The notes beneath the pieces are model-generated. The model saw only the letters and a list, made by a program, of their open reading frames with translations. It had not been told where the DNA came from and made no database searches. Both the position numbers and the translations under genes were made by a program. A stretch of 64,000 bases of DNA. Origin: Azolla caroliniana (Eukaryota; Plantae; Polypodiophyta). Of the stretch, positions 27,901-41,063 are shown piece after piece (position 1 is the first letter of the stretch; the number at the start of each line of letters is the position of its first letter). The DNA lies in the NCBI GenBank assembly GCA_043228905.1, contig JBHGNT010000001.1, positions 2,790,001 to 2,854,000 on the forward strand, in the 5' to 3' direction.

Positions 27901-29130
27901 GTCATGTTCTATAGTTGAACGTTCTAGCTCTATGTATATGCAATTCCATTACCTCCTAATCTTTGTAAAATATATAGAGAGCAGCATGAAGATAATAGAA
28001 TTCCATATATCATTAACCAAAACCTTTTATCCTAACGAATGATCTGTAAACGTACGATTTTGTCAAAAAGTTCACCCCCATCAACATACTCGAGGACAAT
28101 GTACACCTTCTTCTTGGTTCCTAGCACCTGCATATATTCAAGAGGAGTTTAGAATGTATACGTACCATGAACTGTTCATGAGAAGAAAATTGAAGAAATA
28201 GTCAATAAAGACAGCAGTCAGATTGCCACTGAAGAGAAAATCAACCTCTTTCAGATGCACCACATTGGGATGCTTAATCAGTTTCATGGTGGAGATCTCT
28301 CTCTTAATCTGCATAAACAAAAAAAAAAGGGTTCAATTGCTAGCTATGGAAATACCTCTGATCATTCGGTAAAAAGAAAACATTTATTCGGATTCATGGA
28401 TTCCAGATATGGATCTTGTACTGGTCCGTTCCCATACATACAGAAAATGGGAACCATCCATTCATAACAAAAGATAGAGAAACCTATATCTAATTTATCT
28501 GATTGTGATAGTCGAGCACCTCGAAATCTCTTTCAGTATAAAAGTTTTGGATTCATGCTCTATTGGATCTTAACACTGAGTTTCTCAATTATTAGGAAAT
28601 AGAAAACAGAGTCTATCAAAGAGCCTAATGTTATAATTTGACCTTGACCAGTATGAAAGTATAAGAAATTAAACTGTCTGCTGCGGGAAAAGGCTTGGTA
28701 TAGATTAAATTGCTGCATTGTTTTTCGTTTTTGTCCGAAATCAAAGAAGCTAATTTTGTTACAGAGACTAATAAGGCTTGAAATTCTGGATATTGGACAT
28801 GATTGATTCGTTCTGGATGTGCAAAGAATCTGATGATCGCGCGAGATGCTGGGATCATGGAAGTATGGAATCAGACGAGCCCCGCATTGATAAATTTGAA
28901 TGTGCAAAGAATGTGATCATCAGGTGAGATGCTGTGAGACGTTGGGTAGAGCCACAGTAAAAGCTCACCATTTTCTGGACCTTGAGGATTTTCTCCTTAT
29001 CGATGATCTTGATGGCCACGGGCAAGCCAGTGTCTCTGTTCTTGGCGTACTTGACTTTGGCGAAGCTTCCTTCACCCAGAGTATGGCCGAGCTCATAGCG
29101 CCCCACATACGCCCGATCATGGACTGTCAT
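24982..29130 (-). CDS. CIPK: CBL-interacting Ser/Thr protein kinase (SnRK3/CIPK, intron-rich clade), 431 aa, 14 exons
   Basis: Exons (minus): 29130-28969, 28308-28246, 28127-28056, 27810-27703, 27586-27506, 27297-27244, 26940-26815, 26728-26639, 26544-26425, 26054-25950, 25852-25736, 25649-25593, 25311-25237, 25047-24982. All introns are GT-AG, phase 0; total 1296 nt. Motifs [40 protein letters not shown] motif ([19 protein letters not shown]), ETRFTS and C-terminal LKDIVWK. Confidence 0.95.
25407..25577. mobile_element. MITE-like element in CIPK intron 12
   Basis: Imperfect inverted ends (AAAAAACCCAAATAT / GTGTTTTGGTGTTTTT). Shares ATATGAGTGTTTTGGT and TAGGGATATT.TGGT with the element in PP2C intron 2. 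Confidence 0.45.
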
Positions 29131-29308
29131 GATAGTAGTAGTAGATGAAGAAAGAAAGAAAGAAAGAAAGAAAAGTGAAGGAGGAGGAGGGAAAAGGAAA
29201 ATATGCAGAGTCGAGAAAAACTATATGGAGAGCAAAAATATCGGTGTGCAGGATTAAGGCGATGGAGGAGGAGAGGGGGTGAAAATCGATCAGCAGCAGG
29301 GAACAAAC

Positions 29309-29310
<2 letters not shown>

Positions 29311-29357
<47 letters not shown>

Positions 29358-29438
29358 TGAGAGAGAGAGGGGCCAGGTTAGCCTGGGAGGTCGGCAGGAG
29401 GTGGGGGGTATGGTTTTGAAGGAGAAGAAGCGAAACAC

Positions 29439-29485
<47 letters not shown>

Positions 29486-29543
29486 GGGACCAGATATAAT
29501 AAATATGAGTATTTGGGGTTATGGAAGAAAAGGTTGAAGTACG

Positions 29544-29584
<41 letters not shown>

Positions 29585-29735
29585 GCACTGTGCTCTGCAC
29601 TGTGCACACAGAGATGGCGATGGCGATGGCGATGGAGATGGCAATGGCAATGGCTCTCATGATTGTGTTTGTGTTTGTGTTTGTGTTTGTGTTTGTCTGT
29701 CTGTCTCTACAGAAGTAGCACACGGGGATAATGTG

Positions 29736-29774
<39 letters not shown>

Positions 29775-30170
29775 AATCCTGTAGAGAGAGAGTACTTCAC
29801 GTTCGGCCGTGTTTTCTTTTATTCACAGAAACACAGAGAGAGAGAGAGAGAGAGAAAAATGTGTGTGTGTGTGGAGAGTGGGCTCGACAGTCGGGGTAGA
29901 GAGAGAAGGGAGATGCCCTCCCTCTTATGGCTTGCATTTATTGCACCCAATTTCTTTCTCTGCTTTGTTTTTTTGTTTTCTTTATTTTTTTTAGTCTTCG
30001 ATCATATATTTTTACTGCTCCAATATGTTTTTTTATTTTTTATTTCCTTAATACAACCCATTATTTTCTCCTTTCTTTCTTCTACTTGTTTTTGTGCTTT
30101 CCTTTTATTAATTTCTTCCTCTTTTTTGAATATAAATTTACAGACGTATGTATGTATGTATGTATGTATG
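29311..30170. repeat. Dense microsatellite cluster in the CIPK 5' region: (GT)n, several (GA)n, (GATGGC)n, (TTTGTG)n, (TATG)n
   Basis: Directly visible simple repeats. Confidence 0.95.
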
Positions 30171-30221
30171 TATGCATATGTTGTCATTATGTATGTGTGA
30201 GCCACACATACATCATAGGTG

Positions 30222-30525
30222 ACGTGGCACGCCGCCGACCACTGGCCTTCTCTCCAAGCCCACGTGGCCCACCCACATCCAATGCCTCCTGAAGTCCTCT
30301 TTTTCTTCTTAACCATAAAATATGTTTTGAGTTTTTTCTTGTGTGGACCTATAATCAATCCGGCCTTCCCCACTACACAACGAGAGGTTCAAGCGAATAA
30401 GCGAGTATGACACTTGCACCTCACCTGGCCTCGACACTGGGTTCAAGAATTCACGATTTCAAATGATTTGAATTTCTAATACGAGGGATGATTACTACTA
30501 ACCCTTTTGTGATTATGCCACGTCA
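30222..30525. promoter_or_regulatory. Putative ABRE/G-box plus DRE/GCC cluster upstream of CIPK
   Basis: ACGTGGC at 30222-30228, GCCGCCGAC at 30231-30239, CACGTGGC at 30261-30268 and GCCACGTCA at 30517-30525, in a locally GC-rich patch 1.1-1.4 kb upstream of the ATG. Confidence 0.5.
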
Positions 30526-33505
30526 CAGATCGAGACAGTGTGAAATATTCTAGGCTACTTGAAGATTTCCAACAAATGAGGAAATTCTCCATTTAACAAT
30601 TTGTTTCAATAATGAAAATGTTCATGCCCGAAATGACAAAGTTTTGAGAAATATCAATTATGTGTGTTTATGGTGGACATTCGAGTTGAAACATTCTATC
30701 GGGTTCATACAACTTAATTTTGTATGCACTTAATAGAATTACGTTGCCTTCATGCGAGTAAATACGACAGATGTTTGCTACCTTTGTCCTAAACATGAGT
30801 CGTGATTGTTCAAAGTAATATCCTTCACCTTATCTACCTCCCTAACTTACCATGACACTACCATCCCATGTATACATTGGCACATTTAGACAGCTTAATT
30901 ATCCACTATGTCGCATGCAACCACTCGTGGATGGGGACACTGTTCATTCAAGTGGAACCATGCATTGACTTGCGTTTGTCCCCCAGCTCGAGGGTGGACA
31001 TAAATCGGGATGGGCCAATACCTACCCAAACTTACCCCAGGGCCCACACCAAATAAGCACCTCTTCAATCTAGTATGGAGAAATTTTGTTTTTAGAGATT
31101 CGACATGGAATAAATTTATGGCATTCAAATATTGAACACAGGGGCACCCAATCATTTATAGTATATTTCTCAAGTAATGATTAGTCCATTTATGCATCGC
31201 ATCCCCTAGGAAGAGTTGTTGGAAAGATAATTGCGATGATTGCAAAGATTGCAAAGATTCATCATATTACAATAGAACTAATTGAATGCTTTGAAGTATC
31301 CAACAATGTAATGTCAAAAACTATTGCATGCAATTGCATGGGCATACAAAACCTTTGTAATGGAGTTTTTTAACTCATATTTTATCGCTATAAACTTAGT
31401 CATATTTTTATTACTTTTATGCACTCATTAATTTACAAAACCAATAAACCAGCACAACTTCTTTCAAGGTGTTTGTCATCCATCATCCATGCATATAAGG
31501 TGTGATGTAAACATCTTTCGGCATTTCGTGCAACATAACTAGCCTATTTGTTCCTTTAGTAACCTTCAATGTTGTAAGCGTATTCATCAAATATACTTGA
31601 TTTCATGCTCTTCTTATAACAATATGCCCTTCAAAATTTCAAACACACCCACTCATGCCTGTCCTATTTAACTATTCTATTTGTTGTGATTCCATGGGGT
31701 TTTTGAGGATCTTAAACTTGAAACAATTTAAAACCAAGTCTAGAGGCAATGACCAAGCTCTCATTAGAACTTTGTAACCATGTGTACAGTGTGACTCGTG
31801 AGGTAGAAAGGAATCAATATGTGTGAGCAATTTATTTCAATTTCCAACGTAAGAGATGTGTCAAATCAAATCTTCCATTCCTATTTGATGAGCTTTTATT
31901 GGAATTTCTTCTTATTTATGGAGGGGGTTGAATAAAATAAAAGTTTTCAAGTTTTCTTAACATATTATTGGGTACAGATAACAAGATTCACAAATGAACA
32001 AAAATTATGAGGGTGGAGACTCGACAGACGAGGTTAGGTATGTGGAGATGTGTTTATTTCCCCGATGAGCCTCTATCCTTTTCTAATATAGCCACATCTA
32101 TCTATAAAAGTGTCAATTTGGCCCTATTCATAATATGTGCAAAATGAGAGGAAAAAAGAAAGGTATATGAGCATTCCATGGTCTAAGTCATGATCACGTG
32201 TCCTTTTTTGTTTTGTTTTGTTCATACCACTTGGGTTTGTATTCAAGTCATGGCTGATGGCCAATGATCTATAGACACAAAAGGTATATATATATATATA
32301 TGCATGCCAAAACTCGTGACTTTATCGAAAGTTCTTGTCATTCACTAAAACATTCATGAAATTTCCAAACGTATTGGTTGGAACTTTGATCAAGGATAAA
32401 GCCGAAACAAAATTTCACTCAACCCTCAAATTCACCATACTTGTTTTGAAATTAAACCAAATCTTTGATTAGGACATTCAAGCTTCAGCCTTCTACTAAT
32501 AAGATATTTATAATAGGCCTCAATTAGGAGAGGTTGATGATAATTTGTTGCAACAAATGCACTCCATCCCAAACAAGACAAATGGATACTATTCCAACTA
32601 ATTTACCATGGTGGGAGGAGGCAAGGTGTCATAAATGCAATCGGTTTAAGGCATCAACCCGACCAAAACATTTCATGCATAGATACCAAAAGTAATAAGC
32701 TTGGATTTTGAAAAGAAATTAGAAATTGAAGATAAAAAATTCCCAAAGCCCTTTTCGAACTCCCCGCTCGAGTCCCAAATTCCAACATACACTAAAGTAA
32801 CATAAAATGTGTCTGTATCCTAAAACTCTATAGCCAAGGTATCACAAAATATCTTAGAGCCCATACCACAAAATAGAAGATGATATAATATGTACACCTA
32901 GAATGATATTTCATGACATAACATCATTTTACCGCGATCTTTTTCAAGTGCATATATTGTATTTTAGATGCCTTGTTATTGTCTTTACCTTTTAAAGTTT
33001 TTAGTCCATGTGCGAGATTTGTTGGATTAGTTATAACATATCAACTTGTCCACATTATCCAACACGTATCATTTTCCTTACATACTCACAACTTTATATA
33101 TGGATGGATTTATAGCTCACTTATTTATCGATTTGTTGGTGGCACTTCTTACTCTTAAGTAATATCTACCAATCTCTTTTTATGAAAAATCACTATGCTC
33201 TGATACCATCACATGTTGAAAAGAGTTATGTTTACAAAAAAATGTACTTGTGGCTCCTTACCATAGTTTTTTGTTGTTGAAATTGACCAAAAGGACAAAA
33301 GGCATTATTTAAATCAATTACAAAAAGCATTACGAGTCATGGTTGATAATAAATAAAGTAAGAGTAATGAGAAATTACACAATTTCACGGGTTGGCTCAT
33401 TTTGTGTCTCAAACAAGCATGTCCCTAGCTCTCGAAGTGATACTATGGACTGTATTGCCACATCATTCTAACTAGTGCTAGCACATATAATTTCCTTGTT
33501 CTCAA

Positions 33506-35025
33506 ATGTACATACTAAATATTATACCTTACCAAAGATTCAGTGCATCCATGTGGAAGGCATGGTGTGACATTAGACGAGGGCTCAAGTGCGATCAACC
33601 GAATTTCGAACCCGCATGGCTCAGTCAATGTATCCTATTGAACCCATGTATCAAGGATGAATCTAATCAACTACTTGGATCAAGTAAGGGGTTGTCATGG
33701 GGATACATTGCAAAAGTTCCGGGAAAAAGTATAGAATGTTGGAGACGGTTTATGTCACTGCCACTACAAGATCAAGCCAACATACTCCATGGCATCAGGG
33801 GAGGATGGACTATGAGATCGGAAATCAATAACACTCTACTAATTAGGGAAGCCACTACTCATAGGCCGACAATGGAGAAATAGATAGGCTATGAGGAGGA
33901 GGGATCTTTGATCTCGAGACGTAGGGGATCACCAGACAAGATCGAAGGCTCTGAATTGCGCGCCACTAAGACACCAACACATAATAACACAATTCGAGTA
34001 CTCGTGTATACTGGTCATAAATGGATTGTAGATCCTTATCCGATCAAAGTACAACCCAATTGGCACATATGTACTCATGAAAACACATGGCTACGTAAGG
34101 TCAATTGGGACCCTTTGCAATGGACATGGCGTGATCCTTAGGCGAAGCAAGGAAGCAAACTCATCCCTTTCTTCCAATTCACAACTAGATTAGGTCACCA
34201 CATCCTAGTTGCTCAAACTGCCCGAGAGCCGGCTGCTGCAAAGGTCTGGCACACATATCAAGTTCCTCACACAATTATCACCAAGTTTGGGCAAAAAATC
34301 TGGAAACAACAACATGCGAGGCGAATTACCACGTTCCAATGGCTATTAATACATAAGTCACTACCGGTGGGAGCATGGCAACGTGGGAACCTTAGCTCTC
34401 CTAATTGTGTAGAGTGTCCAAATGCAGTAGAATCAATACGACACGCTCTGTGGGACTGCCCAACGTCCTATCAAATATGGCGGGGGGTTGGCCGCTTGTT
34501 GCAATTATGCCAGGTGCAAGGCTCAATCAAGTGGGGAAATATATGTTGGCTATCATGGCAAACCCCAGTTGGCAGATACGAGCATCAAGAGGAGGGGATA
34601 ACTTTGGTGATAAAAGCACAAGAGGTTTTTTTCTCCACCATCGGCAATGTCCACTCAACTCCTCTTAATGACAAATCTCAAGTTGTGTTGGATTTGGTCA
34701 GCTCAATAAGTCTTTGGATTCTGTGGAAACAACGGTGTAGACGAGTCTTCTCCAACCAAACCACGCATCCCACAATGTTACTGCAAGAGATATGGAGTGA
34801 AATTGTAGCCACTCTAAAGAGCCAATATGATGGCCTCAAGGGCAGGTCCAATGGAGTTGAAAGACAACAAATAGCCTTCATCCAACAATGGCCGTTCTCT
34901 CCCTTTCTTGAGTCAGTGGGCATCCACATAAGATAGAACTATCGCGTCCCTACAAGGATTTGTACATAATCATCTCATTTGTAAAATTTTATAACTAATG
35001 GAATTAGTTTAAAAAAAAGAAAAAG
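33506..35025 (+). mobile_element. 5'-truncated L1-type LINE (ORF2 C-terminus with zf-RVT, poly(A) tail)
   Basis: One reading frame across ORFs 33506, 33908 and 34367, interrupted by TAG stops. Motifs FQWLLIHKSLPVG, CVECPNAVESIRHALWDC, SLWILWKQRC; A-rich tail at 35011-35024. Confidence 0.88.
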
Positions 35026-38000
35026 TTATTGCTTTTAACATATATTAATTATGAAACACCATATGTATCCGATTATAATAATATCAACAAGCAAGAAGTT
35101 GTTTTGAGCTCAAACCAAACCATGTAACCGTAGTTTTATGGCTCAGTTGATTAAATGAATTGGGTTAAGTTCCAAAATGGTCATTAAAGGCACTTAAATG
35201 GCTTTCTAAGGTCGTTTTGAAATTGTAATCACGTTTGAAACCACATCTTAAACAACTTAGACAACCTATAAGTCTATTTGTCATTGTAAATTAATATATT
35301 TCATTAACATTTAAGTTTTATTTCTTGTCTTCATTCTTGATTTTTGAACCCAAACTAGATATGGGTTATTTCCTTTGTACATGTTCGAGTTTATTAACTT
35401 TATGAACTACGAGTCATGTTTTTATTTTATAAAAAAGCTAAAAAGCTTTGTTTTCTTTTCCATAGTTAAAAGTCAATGAATCACATTGTTATTATTTTAT
35501 GCAGAAAAATTAGACATGATTTAAATAGTTTAGGTCTAAGGATATCTTACGCGGATCATCGTTAATGGTTTCAACCCTTGACCCAATTTGAGCCAAATCA
35601 AGTTGTTGCTGATTGCAAAATGAATATCTTTTTTGGGTTTTTTGTAATTTAGAATTGTATTTTAAAATTAGCAATAGCGTTGGCCATATCATAATCCCTT
35701 GGTTATTTTTTCTTGTCCAAGAAAAACATGGTACTTGTTTGGACGTGTGCAAGTAGGAATGCCTTCAACGTCATTTCCAAATTTTGTACATAGAACACTA
35801 GAAAATCGTTTTACATTGTCATGTCTAGAAGTATGATGCCCTTTTTGTTGATCATGGTTTGCAAAGAACCTAAAATTTACTCATTATCTTCGAAAGGTGT
35901 AGTTGATCACATACAACAATATAAAGATAGGCACTCTAAAATAAAATAAGGTTCTAACTTCTCATCGCCCTAAATCAGCAATGTAGTTTTCATTCACCAT
36001 GGGGAAAGATTGTAATAGTTGCTAAAATCTTCCGAACATTCATTCCATTACCAAGAAAATTAAAGGGATGTTTGAAGCAAAAGTGGTAGGGGGATGTCCT
36101 AAATGCAATGCAACTTTCGCTCACTATGGTGTGAAAGAATCCGAAGTTAATACGACCATTACATCACCAAAATGTTTTTGAACCGAAGTGTATGTGTGTT
36201 TATATTATAAATTGAGCTAAGAAACCAATTTTCGTGTGCCACAGTATGAAACATCATTAATTGGTATTGTGTATTCCCATCATAGAGGGAGCATGACTAG
36301 ACCATAAAAGGTAAAGGTTCACCTCTAACAAGGTGTAGTACCTAGACAAAATTTAAAGGGTTTGCCGAAGTGCATGGCTAAAAAAGCATGAAAAGATTTC
36401 TTGAAGTGCAATGACAAGTTTTGCTAAAGCTTCTAAAAGCTTCATTATAGGAATCTGGAAATGCAAAGATTATTGTGATGCAATTTTTGTCTACCATAAA
36501 ATGAGAGGAACCTAAAAGCCGTCAAATATTAGGGGAAATGGCTCCACACATATATTGAGACGTGTGCTAAGGATTAGATATTACAAGCATGAACGTTTGT
36601 ATTATTTGGGATGTGAATTTTGGTATCATCTCCCAAATAAGGGGTTGGGATGAATAAGAAACCAAGAAGAGAGATAATAACTAACTATAACTTCATCACA
36701 CCGAATTATTAGCGTATTGGCTCATACAATGGGGGATTGCTTTTGTAACCTCTTTTGGTAAATTGCCTTGAATGCCTAAGGTTAATCTACATAAATATAT
36801 CCCTTCATAGATAGACTCTTGTCACACCTCGATCTACACTTGTGCTCACATTGTTGCAAGGTTAGGTAATAGATTCTGATTTAGAATCATAGATTCCAAA
36901 GTAGATGTAGAAGACTTGTGAGCATTGCAATTAAAACAATGAAAGATGTTCTCTCGCAAAGTTCCCATGACCTCTCGATCTCTCGATACTATAATTATAA
37001 TACAATGATATTTTTTTTAAGAGATTTGTAAAATAACTCCATGATTTTGGAAACCTCAAATTTGATCTCTTTCCTAGAATTCATGGCCATGAACTTATAC
37101 ATTCTTTGTGTGGATTATATGTTCTGACAAATTTACCTATGGTGAAAACATATCCCTTTTTACATCAATTGTTTGGGATCATTTATATTGCATGACCCGA
37201 CTTTGTCAAATTTTATTACATTTTTTTATGGGAAGTTAGTGAAACTCACTAAGATGTGACAAGCTCATCTACATGCTAATCCCATAAAAACATCCTTGGG
37301 GCAAAATATGTATGACAATCATTGTCCAATAGAAGCAGATAGACGAGATATGAAGATTAACTTGTCTATAGAATTCAACTCACACCAAGGTAGGAGAGAT
37401 CACAACTACAAGTTTCATAAAATGAGACCCATAAAAATATTAAGGGAAAATAATGGAAGTGCACATTACACACCTTCCTAATAAAAACTCCACGATAGTT
37501 AAGGATTGAATAAAACAAATGAAGTTTGGCTCATTTATCCAGAACTTCAAAAACCTCTCATTGGTCATAAGATGAACAAGGCTCTCATGGTAGTAACAAG
37601 GGCAATCAACCTAACTTGTCTCACGACAAGACCAAAATTCATGCTCTAGGATTTGTAATAGAGGAAAGCAATACATATAAAGTAATGTGAGAGAAATGTC
37701 ATACATGGAGAGGAGACAATGTGTGAGTGTTTGGCAAAAAGATGTCCCTTACTAAAGTGTCGGTTAGTTTTTTAGAATTTGTAGGGACCTTGAATGGCAC
37801 GATCCCATGCTAGAGACAAAGTTACATGCAAATGGAAATTGGGTTTTAATGCAAACAATACTTGGGAGGTTGGTGTCATAGACGCCAAGTGGAATACTAG
37901 CAAACATGTGGATAAGCATATGTGTGGAGCAAATTTGAAAATATATATAGATATCTTTTGAAAGTCCATGATAGATGAAGACGGGGGGTAATTGGATTGT

Positions 38001-38162
38001 TGAGTAAAGAGATGAGTGGATAATGCAACAAACATGGAAAGTCGGGCGAGCAAGTGTGACAATAATGTTCCTCTTTTTCCTTTATCCTTTTCATATTTAC
38101 CATTCACATTCACAAAAACACACTAACAAGAAAAGAAAACACATACAAACAAACCAACCAAA

Positions 38163-38235
<73 letters not shown>

Positions 38236-38252
38236 TCACTCACTCACTCACT
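38163..38252. repeat. Compound microsatellite (CT)n(CA)n(CTCA)n
   Basis: Directly visible. Confidence 0.95.
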
Positions 38253-38327
38253 CATAAACAAACATGTGCACAAACACGGATACATATAACACACACAAGA
38301 AGAACCACACACCTACTATCCACATAG

Positions 38328-38358
<31 letters not shown>

Positions 38359-38490
38359 AGTAGATGCCTAAGCCCCACACACATGCTCATAGACATGTGT
38401 GCACAAAAACATAGGCACATGTACATACACATAGTTGATGATAAAGTTTAGTCGTCGTCCTCAAATGCATACATATACACACTACGAAAA

Positions 38491-39069
38491 TGTTATAGAA
38501 AATAGGTCTCGGCCACAACCGAGTTTCAAACACAAGATTGAAAATTAGAATATTTCACACACTCTCTTTCTCTCTCTCTCTCTCTCAGAGGCAAAACGAC
38601 ACAGGATGTTAACGTGGAAACCCTAAATGGGAAAAACCACTGGAGTTTGTAGATTCCAAACAGAATCACTACAGTATGAGGAGGTATACACTCCAGAGAC
38701 AATAGGGCAACGACCCCATTCTAATCTTCGTCAGATTGACGGTTACAACAGGGCTCTCAATCTCTGAATCTCTCTCTCTCTCTTACCAAGACAACAACAA
38801 CTCTTTACAAAGACAACTACTTGTAATATTATTGCCCTAGTTATATTTATACTAATATAACTTTAGTGCTACTTACAAATGTAGCCTCAATAGGCGTAGC
38901 TAAACATATTTAAATATATGCCCAACTCCAGATTCATCTTTGAATCCGGCTAAATGCCTTCCGGATCTGTTCAATCCGGCCCTTATCGGTCTTCATCCGG
39001 TTCTCTCCTCTGGACCAATCCAATCCAGTGTAGCACTATTCCCATCCGAAGGGACCTATTTTTCCAATA
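38491..39069 (-). mobile_element. Solo LTR (Ty1/copia-like) with 5-bp TSD
   Basis: GAAAA direct repeat at 38486-38490 and 39070-39074. Imperfect terminal inverted repeat TGTTATAGAAAATAGGTC / GACCTATTTTTCCAATA. Minus-strand TATAAATATA near 38845 and a copia-like GTGGAAACCC...GGGAAAAACCAC motif. Confidence 0.8.
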
Positions 39070-40199
39070 GAAAATTTATTTCTAGATTTAGTACGTACAT
39101 AATTATAATTTATACATCACCACTTGTTATTGTTGTGTTGAACCTTCATGTAGAGGGTAAAAAGGAACCATCACATTGACTTTGGCTCATAACTTTTGAT
39201 AACTTTTGATTTGTTTTTGTTGTGTACAAAATTAGCTCATTTTGTGTTCAAATGGTACTATTTCCTATTGTTCAAGCTTGAGTAATATGCATAGGGTCAT
39301 AAATGATGAAATGACCAAGACTACTAAGGTAGATGTCAAACTACATTCCGCACACGCTCAACCTAAACTTTAGGCGCAAGAAAGCCTCATTAACGCAATG
39401 ACCAACCCCACATACTACATAAACTTACAATATCTAAAATGCAAGGTGACTTTGGTATTGATGTAGCACTCATAAACAAAGTTAGATACTTTGATATCTT
39501 ATAATGTGTGGAAAGATGTGGGCAACCTTACCCTCAAGGCTCACACCTAGTGCTAATAGGTTCAAAGGGTTTTATAACAGGTCCATTAGGCCACATGAGG
39601 TACCATTAGGTCCATTAGGTCCATGACAACAATTTATAGCCAAATGAATGTGATGGCCCCCAAGGTATTAATAATGACAAGACTGGTGTCCGAATAGTAA
39701 GTCCCTTGTTGAATTTGGTGAACACAAGCTTTACTTGCCAAGTGAAAACAAAAGGTGAAAGATAATATTAGTGAACAATTTTCCCACCAAGTCACATCTA
39801 ACTGAGCCATAAGTCCCACACAAAACCATTTAGGGAGTTGACAAAGCCTAGTACACAAAGATGTTTTTGATGGTGTTGACGGCGGGTTGAAGTACATTTT
39901 TAGGAGGGGATGCACACAATACATTTACGCTATTGTTGTTTGTACAGGTTTTAGGTGGTGAACGAACAGATGGTTGATGTAGAAATGAAGCACATTGTTG
40001 ATGTGGAAAATGAAGGGGATTAGGAGGAGTCATTACAGGTTCGAAATGGTATAAATCGAGATGGGTGATGAGGTATTGAAGCAATTTGTCTAGTTTTTAG
40101 AGACAAGAGAATCATGGTGGTGTTGCGGGCTAAAGTAAGGTTTGATGAGGGGGCAGGTTGTATTTTCATTATGATGATTCATGATGGCAGTGAGAATTG

Positions 40200-41000
40200 A
40201 AGCATCATGTTTCCTGTGAAGAGAGGACAAGTGAAGATGGTGCGACGACAGAAGTATATCATGGTGGAGATGGGGAAATTATTTACACCTAAGTTTTTGT
40301 TGTTTTTTTACAGGCCCTTGATGGTAAGCGGTGAGATGTTTGATGGGACTGAATGAAGCAATTTTTTCTGTGATAAGGATGAGTGAAGATGGTGGGTGGG
40401 TCGAAGCAAAATAGCATGAGTGGGTGAGGAAACATTTACACTAATTTCTGTTGCTAATACAGGATTTTAGTGCACAATGGCAAATTGCTTAGCGGCAAGA
40501 TGGTTGTGTAGACTGAATGAAGAAATTCATTTTTTTTATGATAAGGATGAGTGAAGATGGTGGGGGGGTCGAAGCCGACTATGATGAGTGGGTGAGGAAA
40601 CTTGTAAACTGTTTTTGTGTTGTTAATATAGGTTTTGTGTGGACATTGGCAAGATGCTAATCGACGAGATGGCTTATGTGGACTGAAGGAAGAATTTTTA
40701 TGAGATATGGATGAGTGAAGATGGTGGGGGGGTCGAAGCCAACTATCATGAGTGGGTGAGGAAACTTTTATACTAATTTCTGTTGATTATGCAGGATTTT
40801 AGTAGACATTGGCAAGATGCTGCAAGATGCTAATCGTCGAGATGGCTGATGTGGACTGTATGAAGAACTTTTCTATTATAAGGATGACTGAAGATGGTGG
40901 GGGGGTCGAAGCATACTATCGTGAGTGGGTGAGGAAATCTTTAGACTAATTTCTTGTTGTTAATACGGGATTTCCGTGGACATTGGCAACATGCCAAGAT
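40200..41000. repeat. Tandem array of five ~150-175-bp units, plus a diverged unit at ~39869-39990
   Basis: Anchor (G/C)TGAAGATGGTG at 40231, 40383, 40551, 40715 and 40888. The last four are followed by GGTCGAAGC...GAGTGGGTGAGGAAA. Confidence 0.9.
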
Positions 41001-41063
41001 GGTATACAAAGAGTTTGACAAACAATCTCTACATGAATTCACCAAAAGGATGGGGTTTTATTT

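Noticed and set aside
33197-33218. GCTCTGATACCA (reverse complement of the tRNA-iMet primer-binding site) near TGTTG
   Set aside because: Suggests an LTR-element relic, but no LTR pair or gag-pol could be delimited.
40200-41000. Tandem array considered as CRISPR-like
   Set aside because: The units are homologous along their whole length with no unique spacers, and the context is eukaryotic with no cas genes.
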